Shown: positions 1-14,342 of the stretch, piece by piece
Layout: every line of letters starts with the position of its first letter
Numbering within the stretch: position 1 is the stretch's first letter
Origin: Paraspadella gotoi
Taxonomy: Eukaryota; Animalia; Chaetognatha
Assembly: GCA_051294375.1 (NCBI GenBank)
Contig: CM119265.1
Coordinates: 14,608,963 to 14,672,962, forward strand
Direction of reading: 5' to 3'
Length of the DNA stretch: 64,000 bases
Notes under the pieces: model-generated
What the model saw: the letters and a program-made list of their open reading frames with translations, nothing else
Databases searched by the model: none
What the model was told of the DNA's origin: nothing
Translations under genes and position numbers: made by a program

Positions 1-429
1 TCGTTCGACGAGTCGGGCTCGTGCGGCTATTTTTAGGCCGGACAATTACTTTCCGTGGGGTCGCCGGGGGTCGAGCTCTGGCCAGGGGAAGGGGGAAGAA
101 GGGGGAGGCGGGGAGATGTAGGGAGAGTAAAGGTTTGACTTTAAGGGGAGGGTGAGGGTATCCGGGTGAATGGAGTGTGAGGTCAAGGGTAGCAAAGGGA
201 AATGGCTCGATGGTTCTCCGGGAAAAAAACTCGGGGAATTATTCGATACCGTTTAATATTATCTATTATGATTGAAGGACGCCAGAAGACCGGCGCGTTG
301 AGAAAGGGGGGGAGGATAAAGTATACTTAATTTATCTATGGTGAGTTTGCGAGATCGTCGCACCGCAGAGACAAAACATCAATTGACCGAATCGGCGATA
401 GTGTGAGAATTCCTTGTTTGAGGGCGAAG

Positions 430-3408
430 TGAGGGAGAGAGGCTGAGATGAATGGACGGAGACAGAGATGGACGATTGGACGTCGTCGTCGTCGCCTTCC
501 TCAGACGATGGTCGAAATGTTGTGACCCAAATCCCCGTCATTTCACCTCCGCCCACGAAGATCACGTGACCCAAAAAACATCTCGGATCACGTGACCTCG
601 AGTGAGGATTCGCGGGCGAACGAGGTTGGAAAGAAGGGAAAGAAGAGAGGAACTCTAGGAATGGAGGAAAGAAGGAAAAAGGACGAGAGGAAAGAAGGAA
701 AAAGGACGAGAGGAAAGAAGGAAAAAATGAAAGGAAATATAAACGGAAGATGAACAAGAAAGATGATACAAATTCAGTTAAAACAAAGTATCTGTGGCAT
801 TAATACAAAAAAACATTACTTGGGAGTTCGTTTTTCGGTATTCTACTCTCTATCTCTCTCTCTCCCTCTCTCCCCCTTCCGCGGGGGCGCCAGTAATTTA
901 CTATCGCAGCCTCGAGTCCAGAGAAATCTCGTGACCCTCATAACTCAGGGGGAGCTCCTCTCCTTCCTCGTTCAGCCCCGCTCCCCACCAATCCATCCGG
1001 TCGCGACCCTTCAGGACCCCACAAGACCTTTTAAGACCTCCTCAAAACCCTTTTAGACCCGTAGACCCTCCAGGATATTTTTTTAATTTTCCACTCCTTC
1101 CTTATCTTTCCTTTTTTTGGCCCTTATTCTTTTCTCTTTCACTCTCACTCTTTCACAAATCCCCGTAAGCGTTATCCCTATTCCCGGAAAGCCAAAGACT
1201 ACGAAATCTATTTTAAGAATAAATGGGAAAATATACAAGGGCATTAAATTAAAGAATATACAGATAAAATAAAAATGCTTGTTTATCCACTTTAATAGTT
1301 CATAAAAATGCATAACAAACGCCAAATGGATANNNNNNNNNNNNNNNNNNNNNNNNNAGCCGTTTCCTCCGCGTTTGGAGTCGAGCTCTTTTTTATATTT
1401 TAACTGCTCCTGTGAGTCCTGTGAGTCGCTTTTCAAAAGGATGAGGTCACTGGAGCAAGCCGCGACTGATTCCCCAATTTCGCCTCCACAACCCTCCACA
1501 AAAAGAAAATGACGATCCAGGAATATCCTTTTTTGCGTTTGTTATGCATTTTTTATTTTTCGAACTATTAAACTGGATAACAAGCATTATATTTTTATCT
1601 GTATATTCTTTAATTTAATGGGCCCTTGTTTATTTTCCCATTTTTTTCTTATATAGATTTCGTTAGTCTTGGCTACGGGGATAGGAATAACGCTTACGGG
1701 GATTTGTGAAAGAGTGACAAGACCGAGAAAGGGAAAAGAGAAAAGAATAAGGGCCAAAAAAGGAAAGAAGGAAGGAGTGGAAAATTAAAAAATATCCGCT
1801 GGAGGGTCTACGGGTCTAAAAAGGGTTTTTTGAAAGGAGGTCCTTAAAAAGGTCTTGTGGGGCCTGAGGTCGCGACCGAATGGATTGGTGGGAGCGGGGC
1901 TGAACGAGGAAAGGAGAGGAGCTCCCCTGATTATGAGGGTCACGAGATTTCTCTCTGGACTCGAGGCTGCGATAACGTAATTACCTGGCGCCCGGCATCC
2001 GCGGAAGGGGGAGAGAGGGAAGAGAGAGAGATAGAGAGTAAGATATCCGAAAAACGAACTCCGCAAGTAATGTTTTTTTGTATTAATGCCCACAGATACT
2101 TTGTTTTAACTGAATTTGTATCATCTTTCTTGTTCATCTTCCGTTATATTTCCTTTTCATTTTTCCTTCTTATTCTCTCGTACCTTTTTCCTTCTTCCTC
2201 TCTCCCATTTTTCCTTCTTTCCTCCATTCCTAAAGTTCCTCTCTTCTTTCCCTTCTTTCAAACCTCGTTCGCGACCGCCAATCCTCACTCGAGGTCAACG
2301 TGATCCGAGATGTTTTTTGGTCAACGTGATCTTCGTGGCGAGATGAACTGGAACGGAGACAGAGATGGACGATTGGACGTCGTCGTCGTCGCCTTCTCAG
2401 CGATCGGTCGAAATGTTGTGACCGCAAATCCCCGTCATTTCACCTCCGCCCACGAAGATCACGTGACCAAAAAACATCTCGGATCACGTGACTCGAGTGA
2501 GATTCGCGGGCGAACGAGTTGTAGAAGAGGGAAAGAAGAGAGAACTCTAGATGGAGGAAAGAAGGAAAAAGGAGAGAAGGAAAGAAGGAAAAAGGCGAGA
2601 AGAAAAGAAAAAATGAAAGGAAATATAAAACGGAAGATGAACAAGAAAGATGATACAAATTCAGTTAAAACAAAGTATCTGTGGCATTAATACAAAAAAA
2701 CATTACTTGGGAGTTCGTTTTTCGGTATTCTACTGCTCTATCTCTCTCTCTCTCCCTCTCTCCCGCTTCCGCGGGGGCGCCAGTAAATTTACTATCGCAG
2801 CCTCGAGTCAAGAGAATCTCGTGACCCTCATATAACTCAGGGGAGTCCTCTCCTTCCTCGTTCAGCCCCGCTCCCACCAATCATTCGTCGGCCGACCCTT
2901 CAGACCACCACAAGACCTTTTTAAGAACCTCCTCAAAACCCTTTTAGACCCGTAGACCCTCCAGGATATTTTTTTAATTTTCCACTCCTTCTTATCTTCC
3001 TTTTTTTTTGGCCCTTATTCTTTTCTCTTTTTCTTCCTTTTTCTCGGTGTCAACTCTTTCACAAAATCCCCGTAAGCGGTTATTCCTACCCCGTAAAGCC
3101 AAAGACTACGAATATCTATATTAAAGAAAAAATGGGAAAATAACAAGGGGCATTAAATTAAAGAATATACAGATAAAATAAAAATGCTTGTTAATCAGTT
3201 TTAATAGTTCGAAAAATAAAAATGCATAACAAACGCAAAAAAGGATATCCTGGATCGTCATTTTCTTTCTTTGTGGAGTGGTTGTGGAGGCGAAATTGGG
3301 GGAATCAGTCGCGCTGCTCCAGTGACCTCATCCTTTTGAAAAAGCGACTCACGGACTCACGGAGCGAGTTAAAATAAAAAGAGCTCGACTCCAACGCGGA
3401 GGAAACGG
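430..3408. repeat. Three copies (+, -, +) of one ~0.9-1.1 kb sequence; probable assembly artefact
   Basis: About 430-1332 is repeated at about 2340-3240. 1358-2340 is the reverse complement of the same unit. Copies differ mainly by single-base indels, and a 25-N gap lies at 1333-1357. Confidence 0.85.
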
Positions 3409-4628
3409 GGGGGGGGTAAGTGGGATTAATGGAAGGGAGAAGCAGGAAAGAGCGATACGCATTGGGAATGGATGCGCAAAGATTTACTGAACTGATAAAA
3501 CCCGAAGACGTTTAAAAATGGGTTGAAAATAAGCGTTGGGACTTCTCTTTTTTTTTTCCTCTTTGGCGCGCACTTCGCCCTTTGGCGCCTTTTCTCTCGC
3601 TCCCCTCCTTAGCGGCTCCACCTCTTTCCATGAGCGCCTCTCTCTTCTCACTCCTTCCCCTTCTTCGTCCCCTGGCGCCCGCCAACCACTTAATGAGCCA
3701 TTCCGGGATTTGAAAGAAGAAAAGAAATCTGAGGAGAAAGTGAAAATAATTTTGGGGAGAAAAAAAGAGAAAAAACAAAGAGCTAAGGAAAGACAGTATG
3801 ACGTAAACTGAAACGGGTTAATTGTCAATTTTGAGGAAAGATAAATTAAAGAAAACAATCTAATCTCTAAATATAGACGAGGGAAGTGTTAGGGAAAAAA
3901 AATAAAGGAAAAAAAAAGGAAAGCGAAGAGAAATGAAGGAAAATGAAAGGTAAAATGGGAGAAAATGAAGAGAAAAGATTCCGCTGAGAAGATTCTTCAT
4001 TCTGGATTTCAGTGAAAGGGGGGGGGGGGTAAGTGGGATTATGGAAGGGAGAAGCAGGAAAGAGCGATACGCATGGAATGATGCGCAAAGATTTACTGAA
4101 CTGATAAAACCCGGAAGACGTTTAAAAATGGGTTGAAAATAAGCGTTGGGAACTTCTCTTTTTTTTTCCTCTTTGGCGCACTCGCCCTTTGGCGCCTTTT
4201 CTCTTCGCTCCTCTCTCTAGCGGCTCCACCTCTTTCCATGAGCGCCTCTCTCTTCTCACTCTCTTCCCCCTTCTTCGTCCCCTGGCGCCCGCCAACCACT
4301 TAATGAGCCATTTCGGGATTTTGAAAGAAGAAAAGAAATCTGAGGAGAAAGTGAAAATAATTTTGGGGAGAAAAAAAAGAGAAAAAACAAGAGCTAAGGA
4401 AAGACAGTTATGACGTAAACTGAAACGGGTTAATTGTCAATTTTGAGGAAAAGATAAATTAAAAAAAAAACTAATCTCTAAATATAGACAGGGAAGTGTT
4501 AGGGAAAAAAAATAAAGGAAATAAAAAAAGGAAAGCGAAGAGAAATGAAGGAAAAATGAAGGTAAAATGGGAGAAAATGAAGAGAAAAGATTCGCTGAGA
4601 AGATTCTTCATTCTGGATTTCAGTGAAA
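3408..4628 (+). repeat. Tandem duplication of a ~610-bp unit joined at a poly-G run; probable artefact
   Basis: ggggtaagtgggatta...ctggatttcagtgaaag occurs at about 3408-4017 and 4018-4628, differing mainly in homopolymer lengths. Confidence 0.85.
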
Positions 4629-5445
4629 GCGCAGTTATGAGAAATGATCCTAGAAAGAAAGAAAAATGAAGAGACGAAAAGATAAAAGGGAAAATAAAGG
4701 AAAAAAGAAAGGAAGAGAAGGGGGGGGGGAAATCGGCGCCAAGGATACTAGTCTTGGCGGACATAAGAGGAAAATGTTAAGAGATGATTTAAAACAGGAT
4801 TTAAAAAGGTTACTTACCTCACTCTCTCTTCTCTCTCCATCTCGCTCTCGCTCTCACACACCCACTCGCTCTCTCCTTTTCACGGTCTGAGTCCCAGACT
4901 TCGGAGACATGATTTCATTTTTATGATAAATTGAACTTCATTAGCATAACTCGCGCTCGCAAAATCAGATTTGGTGGTTCGAGAGACACACACACACACA
5001 CACTCTCTCTCTCTCTCTCTTTCTCTCTGTCTCTCTCTCTCTCTCCGAACCCAACCTCTTTTCTTTCCAGCTTCATCGTCGCTTGTCATATCTCTCTCTC
5101 TTTCGATCTGATAGCGAATTCTTTTTATCTTTGTCGCGGTTTTCTTCAAAAAAATCCGCAAAACTCTTATCGATAACTGCATCGGACCATCGTTGTCGTC
5201 GTCGTCCTTCATTTCGTCATTCTATTTAATCCGCGTTTCTCGGCCAGGGTCGACAACCTTTTTGATGTATCATTCACGATGATATCAAAATTCAAAAAAA
5301 TCTAAAACCGAGAAAAAGAGAAGGAACAGTCGTTTCATTCATCGAGTCCATTTTCTACATAAAATGCTCTAAAAGGCGCCACAATGCCCAAAGAATGCCC
5401 CGCAATGCCTCGCAATGCCCACCGAATGCCCAACAACGACGATGA

Positions 5446-5484
<39 letters not shown>

Positions 5485-5554
5485 CTTGTCCGGTGAATGA
5501 GAACACAGGAAAAAAAGGGCGCCGATGGGAAGGATCCTCTTTTTTATTTCCTAA

Positions 5555-5638
<84 letters not shown>

Positions 5639-6246
5639 GTATTAATCTTGACAAAGATTCCCTTCTCTTTCCCTTCTTTCTCTTTTGTTGAGGAAGACAA
5701 AAAATTTGAAGAGTTTATCTCTCCAAAGAATCTTTCGATTCAATATGTTTTCGTGTTGTTGTCGTCGTCGTCATTGTCGTCGTCGCCGTTTATTTTCAGA
5801 GGTTGAATAGAGGCGTTTCTTGAAAAAAAAAGTGGGTTTGAGCCTGAGGGGGCGTGGCGACTCTGGAATCTGGAAGCGAAGATTCCGACGCCTCTGTTGT
5901 CTTTATCGATTTCGCTACGAAGCTTCGTATTGTCTGTCGTGAATTCGAAAAAAAAATTTAAAAAAAGTTTTACCGATTTGTGAACGAAAAAGAGGAGAAA
6001 GAGAGAAAGGGTACGTCGATATGGAATCTTCAGATGATTATTATTGGAAGATTTCCGTTCCCGACGAGGACGGGTGAATTCGATGGTCACGTGATCCCGT
6101 TGCCCAACCGAGAACAATGATGCGTTCGGGGGTGACAGTAATGAAAAGGTCAGAGGGTTGGATTGGGAGAGAACAAAGAAGAGAGAGAGAGGGAGAGAGA
6201 GGACAATCGGAAGGGGTCAAGGTAGTATGAGAGAGAGAAGAGACCG

Positions 6247-6282
<36 letters not shown>

Positions 6283-8457
6283 ACTTTAATATACAGGGTG
6301 GCAACCGAAAAAAAAGGTTAAACGGAGGCCAAAATCAAATTTATATCCTAAATTGAGACTCCGATCGAGAAGCAACGCGTTTGTCAAAGATTCCGTCGGC
6401 CATTTTTCGCTTCACCCTCCGCCACCCCCACTACCCCCACCACCCCTAGCTCCCCATCACCCCCCCGAATCCTCTCTCCCTCTCTCCCTCTCTCCCTCAT
6501 GATCTCTCTCCGCGGGATGCTCCCGTTTGGATCCTAACATCTCAATCTAACTCAGTCGGACATCGTCGCTCAAACCCATCCTCCACCAAACCCACCGACT
6601 CGGCTACACGTGCCCACCATCTGTTTCCTCCCCGCGCGCGCGCAAACGCCTCGAGGCTTCGCCAAACGCGCGCGATATCAAAACGCGGTCTCCCGTTCTT
6701 CGTCGCACGTGACGAAGAGAGGCGTTCGATGATTCGACGCGGTTTTTGCGGCGGGGATAAGAATGGGGGGGGAAATATTGTAGATGGGTGTGACCGGGTG
6801 AGGAAGAAGGTGAGTAAAGCGTGTGATGGATTCCGAGATCGAATGGCGTCGTCTTCATCTACGTCGTTGTCATCGTCATAATCTTTGTCGTCTTCATCGT
6901 CGTCGTTGTCGTCATCGTCATAATCTTTGTCGTCTTCATCGTCGTCGTTGTCTTCGTCAACGTCGTCGTCGTCTTCAGCGTCGTCATCGTCGTCATCATA
7001 TCATTGTCTTCATCTTCGTCGTCAACGCCATGGAGCGAAAAGATTTCTCGTCGCGAAAATTGGGAAAATAAATTAAATCGTCGGGGTGGATGGAAGGTGG
7101 CGGGGAGGTGGATGGAAGGTGGCGGGGAGTTGGTGAGATCAATCAAAAGAAGGGGAGGAAGTGTTACGTCCCCAAAACCGGATTTGGCCGAATGTCGGAT
7201 TCGAACTCGGGACCCGAGAGATTCTGACCCCTCGACGATTTTCGTCGATGACCCCGAAAACGATCGATCCACCGCGAGCGACGACCCCGACGATTAGCCG
7301 ACCGGGTCAAAGGTCATCGAACCCTAATCACCCGCGATGTGGGATAGCCGATCGCCGATCGCCGTCAACCGATCTCCCAGTCTCGGCCGATTGCGTGAAT
7401 CGGAAGCGAGGGCGGATCTCACGACGTCGTGAGTCACCGAAGAAGATTCACGATTTGGCGACGCTGTAGGTCGAGGGAGATGGTAGTCGCTTTAACCGTG
7501 CTAGTGATATTAAGCGAATTGATAGCGTGAAATGACAACTGAAGTTAAGATATTGTTTAGGTAAATGTAGCATTTAGTCGCAGCTCGTATCAATGTATGC
7601 TGGAATATAGCGTTGAACTTGAAGTTACGGATACATTCGGACTAAATTGGATGATACAATAAAGATTGTGAAAGTAGAAGAGGAGGAAGAGGATGAAGAA
7701 GAAAATCTAAATGAAGGAAGAAGTGAAACATACGAAAACTTTCGAATTGGTTCCATAACGAGCTTATTCATTTATTCATTTATTTAGCTATTCAATCTCT
7801 TACAGTAGGAAATTAAAATTATTATTTCGTTACTCTCTATTAATCTGGTTAACGTAAAACAGTTATTTTCATTCCCAAATTCCTAAATTCATAAATGTCT
7901 CGACAGGAAACTCTACTCCCCCTCGCCCCTCTCCCTTTTTTTCTCCCTCCCCTCATCTCTCTTTCCCTCCCGCCCCCGACATTCCCCTTCTTTCCGCCCT
8001 AAAATCCCCGAGATTAGAAAATAAATGCCGTTTGGTATCTTTGTTGACAGAAACGGAAGATTTTGATAAATTGCGCGAAATTGCCGCAGATTGCGACTCT
8101 GGCTGCGCGTGGCGCGTGCTGCGACGCTGCTTCTTTTTTTTTCCAGCTGCAGTCGGCGCTGCCGCGGCTGTTTTTGGGGTTTCCTGGCGACGAAGGCACA
8201 GTGGTTTCGGTTCTGGTGAAAATGTTATTTTATTGATTCAAGCTCGATATTTGTTGGAAAATTTCTATTAAAATTCTATAATTTTTTAATGGAATTTAAA
8301 GAATAAGTATAACTATTATCATTTTAATTTATCTAAGTCCCTCACCCATTTCTGTTGTGACGCTGAGTAACACGCTGTTTTTGTTGTTTTTTTCGTTGCC
8401 AAGATATAATGATGTATAAATCTTTTAGTTAATACTGCCATTCCCTCTTCCTCTCAC

Positions 8458-8491
<34 letters not shown>

Positions 8492-9468
8492 CTTTTTCTT
8501 TGCTTTGTTTACCCCATCCATCCGCTGTTATTGTTTGTTTACTTGTTGTTCTCGCTCTCCCTCGATGTTTTGTTTCATTTTGTTTGTTTACTCCTTTCGT
8601 ATCCTTGACGAGAGGGAGAGAGACAGAGTGAGAGAGAGAGAGAGAGGGTCAAGTCGCGGAGGGCCAGTTGCCAAGGAAACCAAATTATAAGATCAAATCA
8701 AACACAAACGTCTCTCTCCCTTTTTGTTTGTAAACAATCGATGAATGTTAATTCATGTACAACAAAGATTGGCTTCTTTTCTTTTCTTTTCTTTTCTTTT
8801 CTTTTTTTTTCTCTTTTCTCTTCTTTTCTTTTCTTTTCTTTTCTTTTCTTTTCGTTTCTCGATTAAAGAGGGAAAGAAACAAAAGGCGAAGTTTTCGATG
8901 GTCGGCGATGATTGATTCGATGTTGTTGAGAACGCAAGACAGAAGAGAAGAGAGAGAAAGAGAGAGAGAAGAGAGAGAGCAGAGAGAGAGAGAGAGAGAG
9001 CAGAGAGAGAGCAGCAGAGAGAACTAAAATGGGGGACTTAGAGAAAAGAAAACATGGACCCCACCCGAGTGCCTACCAGACCCACCACTTGAAAAAGTAA
9101 CTTAAAAGATACAAAGTACACAATTAACCCTCCCAAAATCCCCCCCCATATAATGTAGTTCAAAGTGAGCCCCCCCGGGAGTCAGAAAGAGACACGGTCG
9201 AGCGCTTTGAGCCCCCTAGACGCACTATTGTCACAGGACTCCACACTCCCGGTGATCACATTGGTTCAGATAAGCCCCACACACCGCCACACCGCCTCGA
9301 CCCTTAGATTTCGGGCGAGGCAAACGAGGTTCCATTTTTTGGGAGGCGACGTCGCTCGCGGTGACGTGGTCTTCGGAGAATTTAATGGTCGGCGAGCGGC
9401 GAGTTCCGTCGCTGAGGAACAAAAGAAATTAAAAGTCAAATTTAACCGCATTTTTTCATGCCTTTTTT

Positions 9469-9469
<1 letters not shown>

Positions 9470-9537
<68 letters not shown>
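9470..9537 (+). repeat. (GTC)n microsatellite, one of many (also near 18455, 18745, 24783, 25130, 27820, 28960)
   Basis: Pure cgt/gtc run. Confidence 0.9.
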
Positions 9538-9538
<1 letters not shown>

Positions 9539-11059
9539 TCCCTTTGGTCGCTCCGTCTTCATCAAATTCGGCTGATGACGAAAAGATGACGCGGCCGCTT
9601 TTCAGCTTGGCGTGACGTCAGAGTCGATGGCGCGGACGACGCCGCAGATTTCACGCGGAATCGTTTTTTTTCGCCGGAAGAAAGGGAAAAGAACGGCGTC
9701 GATTTCACGCCAAATCGCGACTCGTTTCACCGGAAGTGAGAGAGAGAGAAAAAAAAAGAGAGAGAGAGAAGAGAGAGAAAGAAAAAAAAAAACCGACGAA
9801 GAAAAAAACCGAGAGAGAAGAAAACATTTTGAGGGAAAAAAGAGAAAAATTGGAAGAAAAAATAGAATTTGGAAAAACAGGATTTTTAAAAAAAAATCTT
9901 TTCATGATTCTCTTTCCTTCTTTCTTCGATTTCTATCCCAATCCCATCTCTTCTTTCTATTTCTCTCTATTTCTTCTTTCTATTTCTTTCCCATTTCTAA
10001 AGCCTTCTCTCTATTTCAAGCATCACCCTATATTTTCACCGCATATTTTTCTTACTCCGGCTTTTGTACTTTTTCTCCACTCAAAAAAAATCCGCTCTAT
10101 CGTCTCGAGACTTCCGCGGTTAAGTTGCCATCCATTCCCCGGAGGCTCTCATCACCCCACTCCTCTCTCTCTTCGAAACGCACCATTTGAAACACACGCC
10201 TTTCCCCTAACCCGCCTTTAGATAAAATTCTACACTCTACTCTCTCTCTCTCTTATCTCTCTCTCTACTCTCTTCTCTCTCTCTCTCTCCTTCTTCTCTT
10301 CTCTCTCTCGTCTCTCTCTTTTGTCACCCCACTGATCCGATGGAAATAAAGCAGACGCTCCTTCCCCGTTTCTCGTCTGTTCTTTAGGGGCCGGATTGTT
10401 TAATCTTCTCTCCTTCTTTTTCTTGGGTTTTCCCAACGCCTCCCTTCCACCCTCCCCTTCCCTTCCCTCCTTCTCTTCGTTCTCCTGTCCTACCCAGTAC
10501 TCTTTCGTCTCCTCATCTTCCTCGTGGCTTTAGTCTGCATTCTCTCACTCTTGAAAGTAATATTGCGATAAAATGAAGAAAAAAAGAGAAAAAAAAAAGA
10601 TCAACGAAACAGATAATAAAATTTTTGCAGCCGCCGCCAGAAGTACAAGATCAACGGTCTATTATCTGCCAAATACTGGATATTACTGCCTGTTATATAT
10701 GTATCACGAGATGCCAGGTATATGCCGTGGTAATCTCTCTCTCTTCGTACTCTACTCTTCTCTCTCTTCTCTCTCTCTTCTCTTTCTCTCTCTCTCTCTC
10801 TCTCTTCTCTCTTCTCTGTCTTCTCTCTCATCCCCTCTTTCTTCTTCTTCCTCCCCTTCCACTGGTTTTTTTTTTAGGAGTTAATAAAATTTCTTTCCAG
10901 AGTAAAGAAGGTGCGAACCGTTTACGTTGCTTCTCCTCCTCCCGTCCTCCTACACTCCTCCTCCTTCTCCTCCCTCCCGAACACCGGAGACCTGGCGACT
11001 TTTTGAAGCGGGACTTTAAAGAAGATAAAGGAGGCGATGGAGGCAGGGGCGACGGGGCG

Positions 11060-11190
11060 ATTGAGGGCGGGGCCTCGGGAGGTGGGGCGTCACTTTCCGG
11101 CTAAATTGATGGCTTCCTGGGGTGACGTCGTAGGTGGGCGTGGTGGGAGACGCTTCCTTTACCCAAAATGGCGCGGGCGGTGACGTTACG
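11060..11190. promoter_or_regulatory. Promoter-like motif cluster upstream of Pax6 coding exons
   Basis: GGGCGGGGCC and GGGCGTGG GC boxes, TGACGTC (CRE-like), TTTCCGG (ETS-like) and AAAATGGCG (YY1-like) within about 130 bp. Confidence 0.3.
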
Positions 11191-11544
11191 GTTTTTTCTT
11201 TTCCGTTTTTTCCCTTCGGTTTTTTTTTTCTGTTTTGAATAAATCAAATCTCTTCCTTTTTCAAAATAAAGTTTAAAAAAAGTCGCTCACAAACAGACGA
11301 AAGCTAATGCCTTGCCGCTTTTTTCTCACCAAACTGCAAACACGAAAATGGTTTTTTTCTCTTTTTTTTTCGAAATTTACGTTTACAATCTAAATTTCTA
11401 CTTACCCTTACCTCGTCGTCCACCTCTAATAGCGACGCCCTTACCTTCCTCACCTCCCGACTTTTTTTTCCCTCGGAAAGTCTTCCGGGTAAAATGATTT
11501 GCTTCGCCGCTCTCGAATTCACCTTCTCTCCGGGGGCCGAAACG

Positions 11545-11765
11545 AGCTTTTCCTTTCCCTTTTCCTTTTTCCTTTTCATTTCCCTTTTCCTTTTCCTTTC
11601 TTTACCCTTTTCCTTTTCCTTTCATTTCCCTTTTACTTTTCCTTTCTTTACCCTTTTCCTTTTCCTTTCATTTCCCTTTTCCTTTTCCTTTCATTTCCCT
11701 TTTCCTTTTCCTTTTATTTCCCTTTTCCTTTTCCTTTCATTTCCCTTTTCCTTTTCCTTTCCGTT
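11545..11765 (+). repeat. Pyrimidine-rich (TTTTCC)n-derived tandem repeat
   Basis: Repeated cttttccttttcctttcatttcc units. Confidence 0.8.
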
Positions 11766-12999
11766 TTATTTCTCTTTTTCCTTTCTTTCCGTCTCGTATT
11801 TACCTTTTCTTTTACTTTTCGTTCGGTCCTTTCACTTTCGTTCATTTTTCATTTTTTATTCTTTTTCCATTTATTTCCCAATTCTACTTCCTCTTTTCCT
11901 TATTCTTCTTCTTTTCCTTTTTCCTCTTATCTCTTTTAACTCCTCTCGGGTTCATTAGGTTTAAAAAGCGGGGAAATTCGTTGATGAGGAGAGAGAGAGG
12001 GCGTGTTTGCAGGATAGAGAGGTAAGAGAAGAGAAAGAAAAGAGAAAAGGTAGGGCGTGGGGTTCGTAACGATGCAATGGGCGAGAGGGGGGGTTGAAAG
12101 GGTAGGGAAAGGGTGAGCGAAAGGATGTAAAAACTAAGTCAGCCTCGATTATCGCTTTTTATTCTTTGGGGAAAAAAGAAGCGAGAAAAAAGTTTAGTTA
12201 AAGCTAAAGAGAAGTAGAGAAAATCTTTGTTTATTTTTTCCCGCGTAAATCGCGTCATTTGTTTTCGCTTAAAGTTCGGCCGACAGCTATTAGAGAACTG
12301 TAAGCAGCATTAAGCGCCGGCATGCATTGTAGAACGCCACAGCTATTCATAAAGATTGATAGATTTCTCGGAGAAACTCTTCGTTTCGAGAGCATAAAGG
12401 GGACATTCGCGAGGAAGTGAAGGAGCGAGGGATAGAGAGAGGAGGAGAGAGTGAGGAGGTGGTCAAAAAAGGAAAAAAAAGTAAGACCGGACCACAGGAG
12501 AGGAAAAGATTGGGCAAATTTCTTTCCTTTCTTTTACTCTTCGAAAAAAAGCTTTTTCCTCCCCAGAAATGATAAAGAAAGAAAAAAGAAAAAAAAGAAA
12601 ATAATGCAGCGAAGTTCCAAAATAAAAGTTGAGCTCCGATTTTAAAGAGTTCCAAAGTCGAGACATCTTTAAATTGATCTTTTTTTTTTAGTGGTGTGGT
12701 AGGCTATGGGAGAAAGTGGAGAGGCAAAGGTGGCAAAGGTTGGCAAAGGGGGTTGATGCTTTGAGACAGAACGTGAATATAAACAAGGTATCAAAGAAAA
12801 TCATATGCTTGCTACTTATATAGAGTTATAGGACGTTTATTGAAGGTATTACTTCTTTTTCGTTGATTAGTAGATGATTGACCGAATTGACACAAAGTTT
12901 TTGTTGCTGGCAAACAAAAAACTTTGTCAATTCCTATAAGTTATAACTTTAACATTTTCCNNNNNNNNNNNNNNNNNNNNNNNNNCTCCGGATCTCTCT

Positions 13000-13055
<56 letters not shown>

Positions 13056-14226
13056 ACTCTCTTCTCTCTCTCTCGCCGAAAAGGTTGGATTATATTAGTT
13101 TTATTTTATCCATATTGTTCGTTTTAAGTAAATACTAGATATTTATCTTTCATTTTTTATAAATAAAGTAGTGTATCCCCGTAGTGTAAGCATCTGCATG
13201 TCAACGCCACGCGATAATCCGAAACACAGCCGCGCCGCCAACTAAAGTTGTCGCGTTAACAACGTGGCCTCTTCGAATTCGGGCGCGCGCAGCATTGAAC
13301 TGAGACGAGCATAGCGCCGCAGACATGAAGACCCGAGCCAGCATTCTGCATTGATGATTTCTCGGAGAAACTCTCGTTTTCGGAGGCGTAAAGGGGACAA
13401 ATTGAGGAAGAAGGAGGGGAGAGGAGGAGGAGGAAGAGGAGGTTGGTCAAAAAAGGAAAAAAAAAGAAATCTCTTCTGTTTTGAAAGAGACGAACCAAAT
13501 CCTCGGCGTCGAAAGGATGGAAAGATTCGGGGAGGATTAAAAGTCAATGCCAACGTTGAGACCGACGACGAAGACGACGACGACGACGACAATCGTTGAA
13601 CAATGAACAATGAACATCCATGTTTATCATGTCAAGTCAAAAAACTTTTGACACATTTCTATAAGTTAAAATTGATGATTCAGGAATAACAATTGATTCT
13701 AGATTGTCTGATGCAGGCCTAGATAGTTTTCTCTCTATTAGGAAGATCGGAGGATTTTCACCGTCTTATCTGTTGGCGTCGCTACGAGACAGCGACGTCG
13801 CTAAATCGGAGATAATGGACCTCGAAGGACGAAGAGGTCGCGGGTGAAGCCTCGAAACAAGATGGCGTCTTTAGATAAGGACGAGAATGAGCAGTTATCC
13901 TTATCTCCTACTCTCACTCTTTCTCTCTCTCGTCTCTCGCTCTTTCCCTTTGTTTTGTGTCTTCCTCCGGGGAAAAGGACTCTTTTTTTCGAAAGGGAAA
14001 TAAAAAGGCGGCGCCATTATTTAAAAAAAAATAAAAAGACTTTTAGCGAAGACGACGAAAATTTGGAGGAAGGAAAAGTAGACAAAAGACGATCGTTAGC
14101 CGAGTTTTAAACCGAGGGGTGGCGCTGTCGTCGTCGTCCCCGAAATTTGAATGAAGACCCTGTTACGAGAACGACTTTGCCAAATTGAAGCTCCTTTTCT
14201 CTTTCCGAGTTTCGGAGATGGGTGAT

Positions 14227-14342
<116 letters not shown>

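Noticed and set aside
6780-6815. Strong donor AAG|GTGAGT as a coding first exon
   Set aside because: The phase-1 frame has TGA at 6791 and no ATG after it. At most this is a non-coding exon, with no further support.
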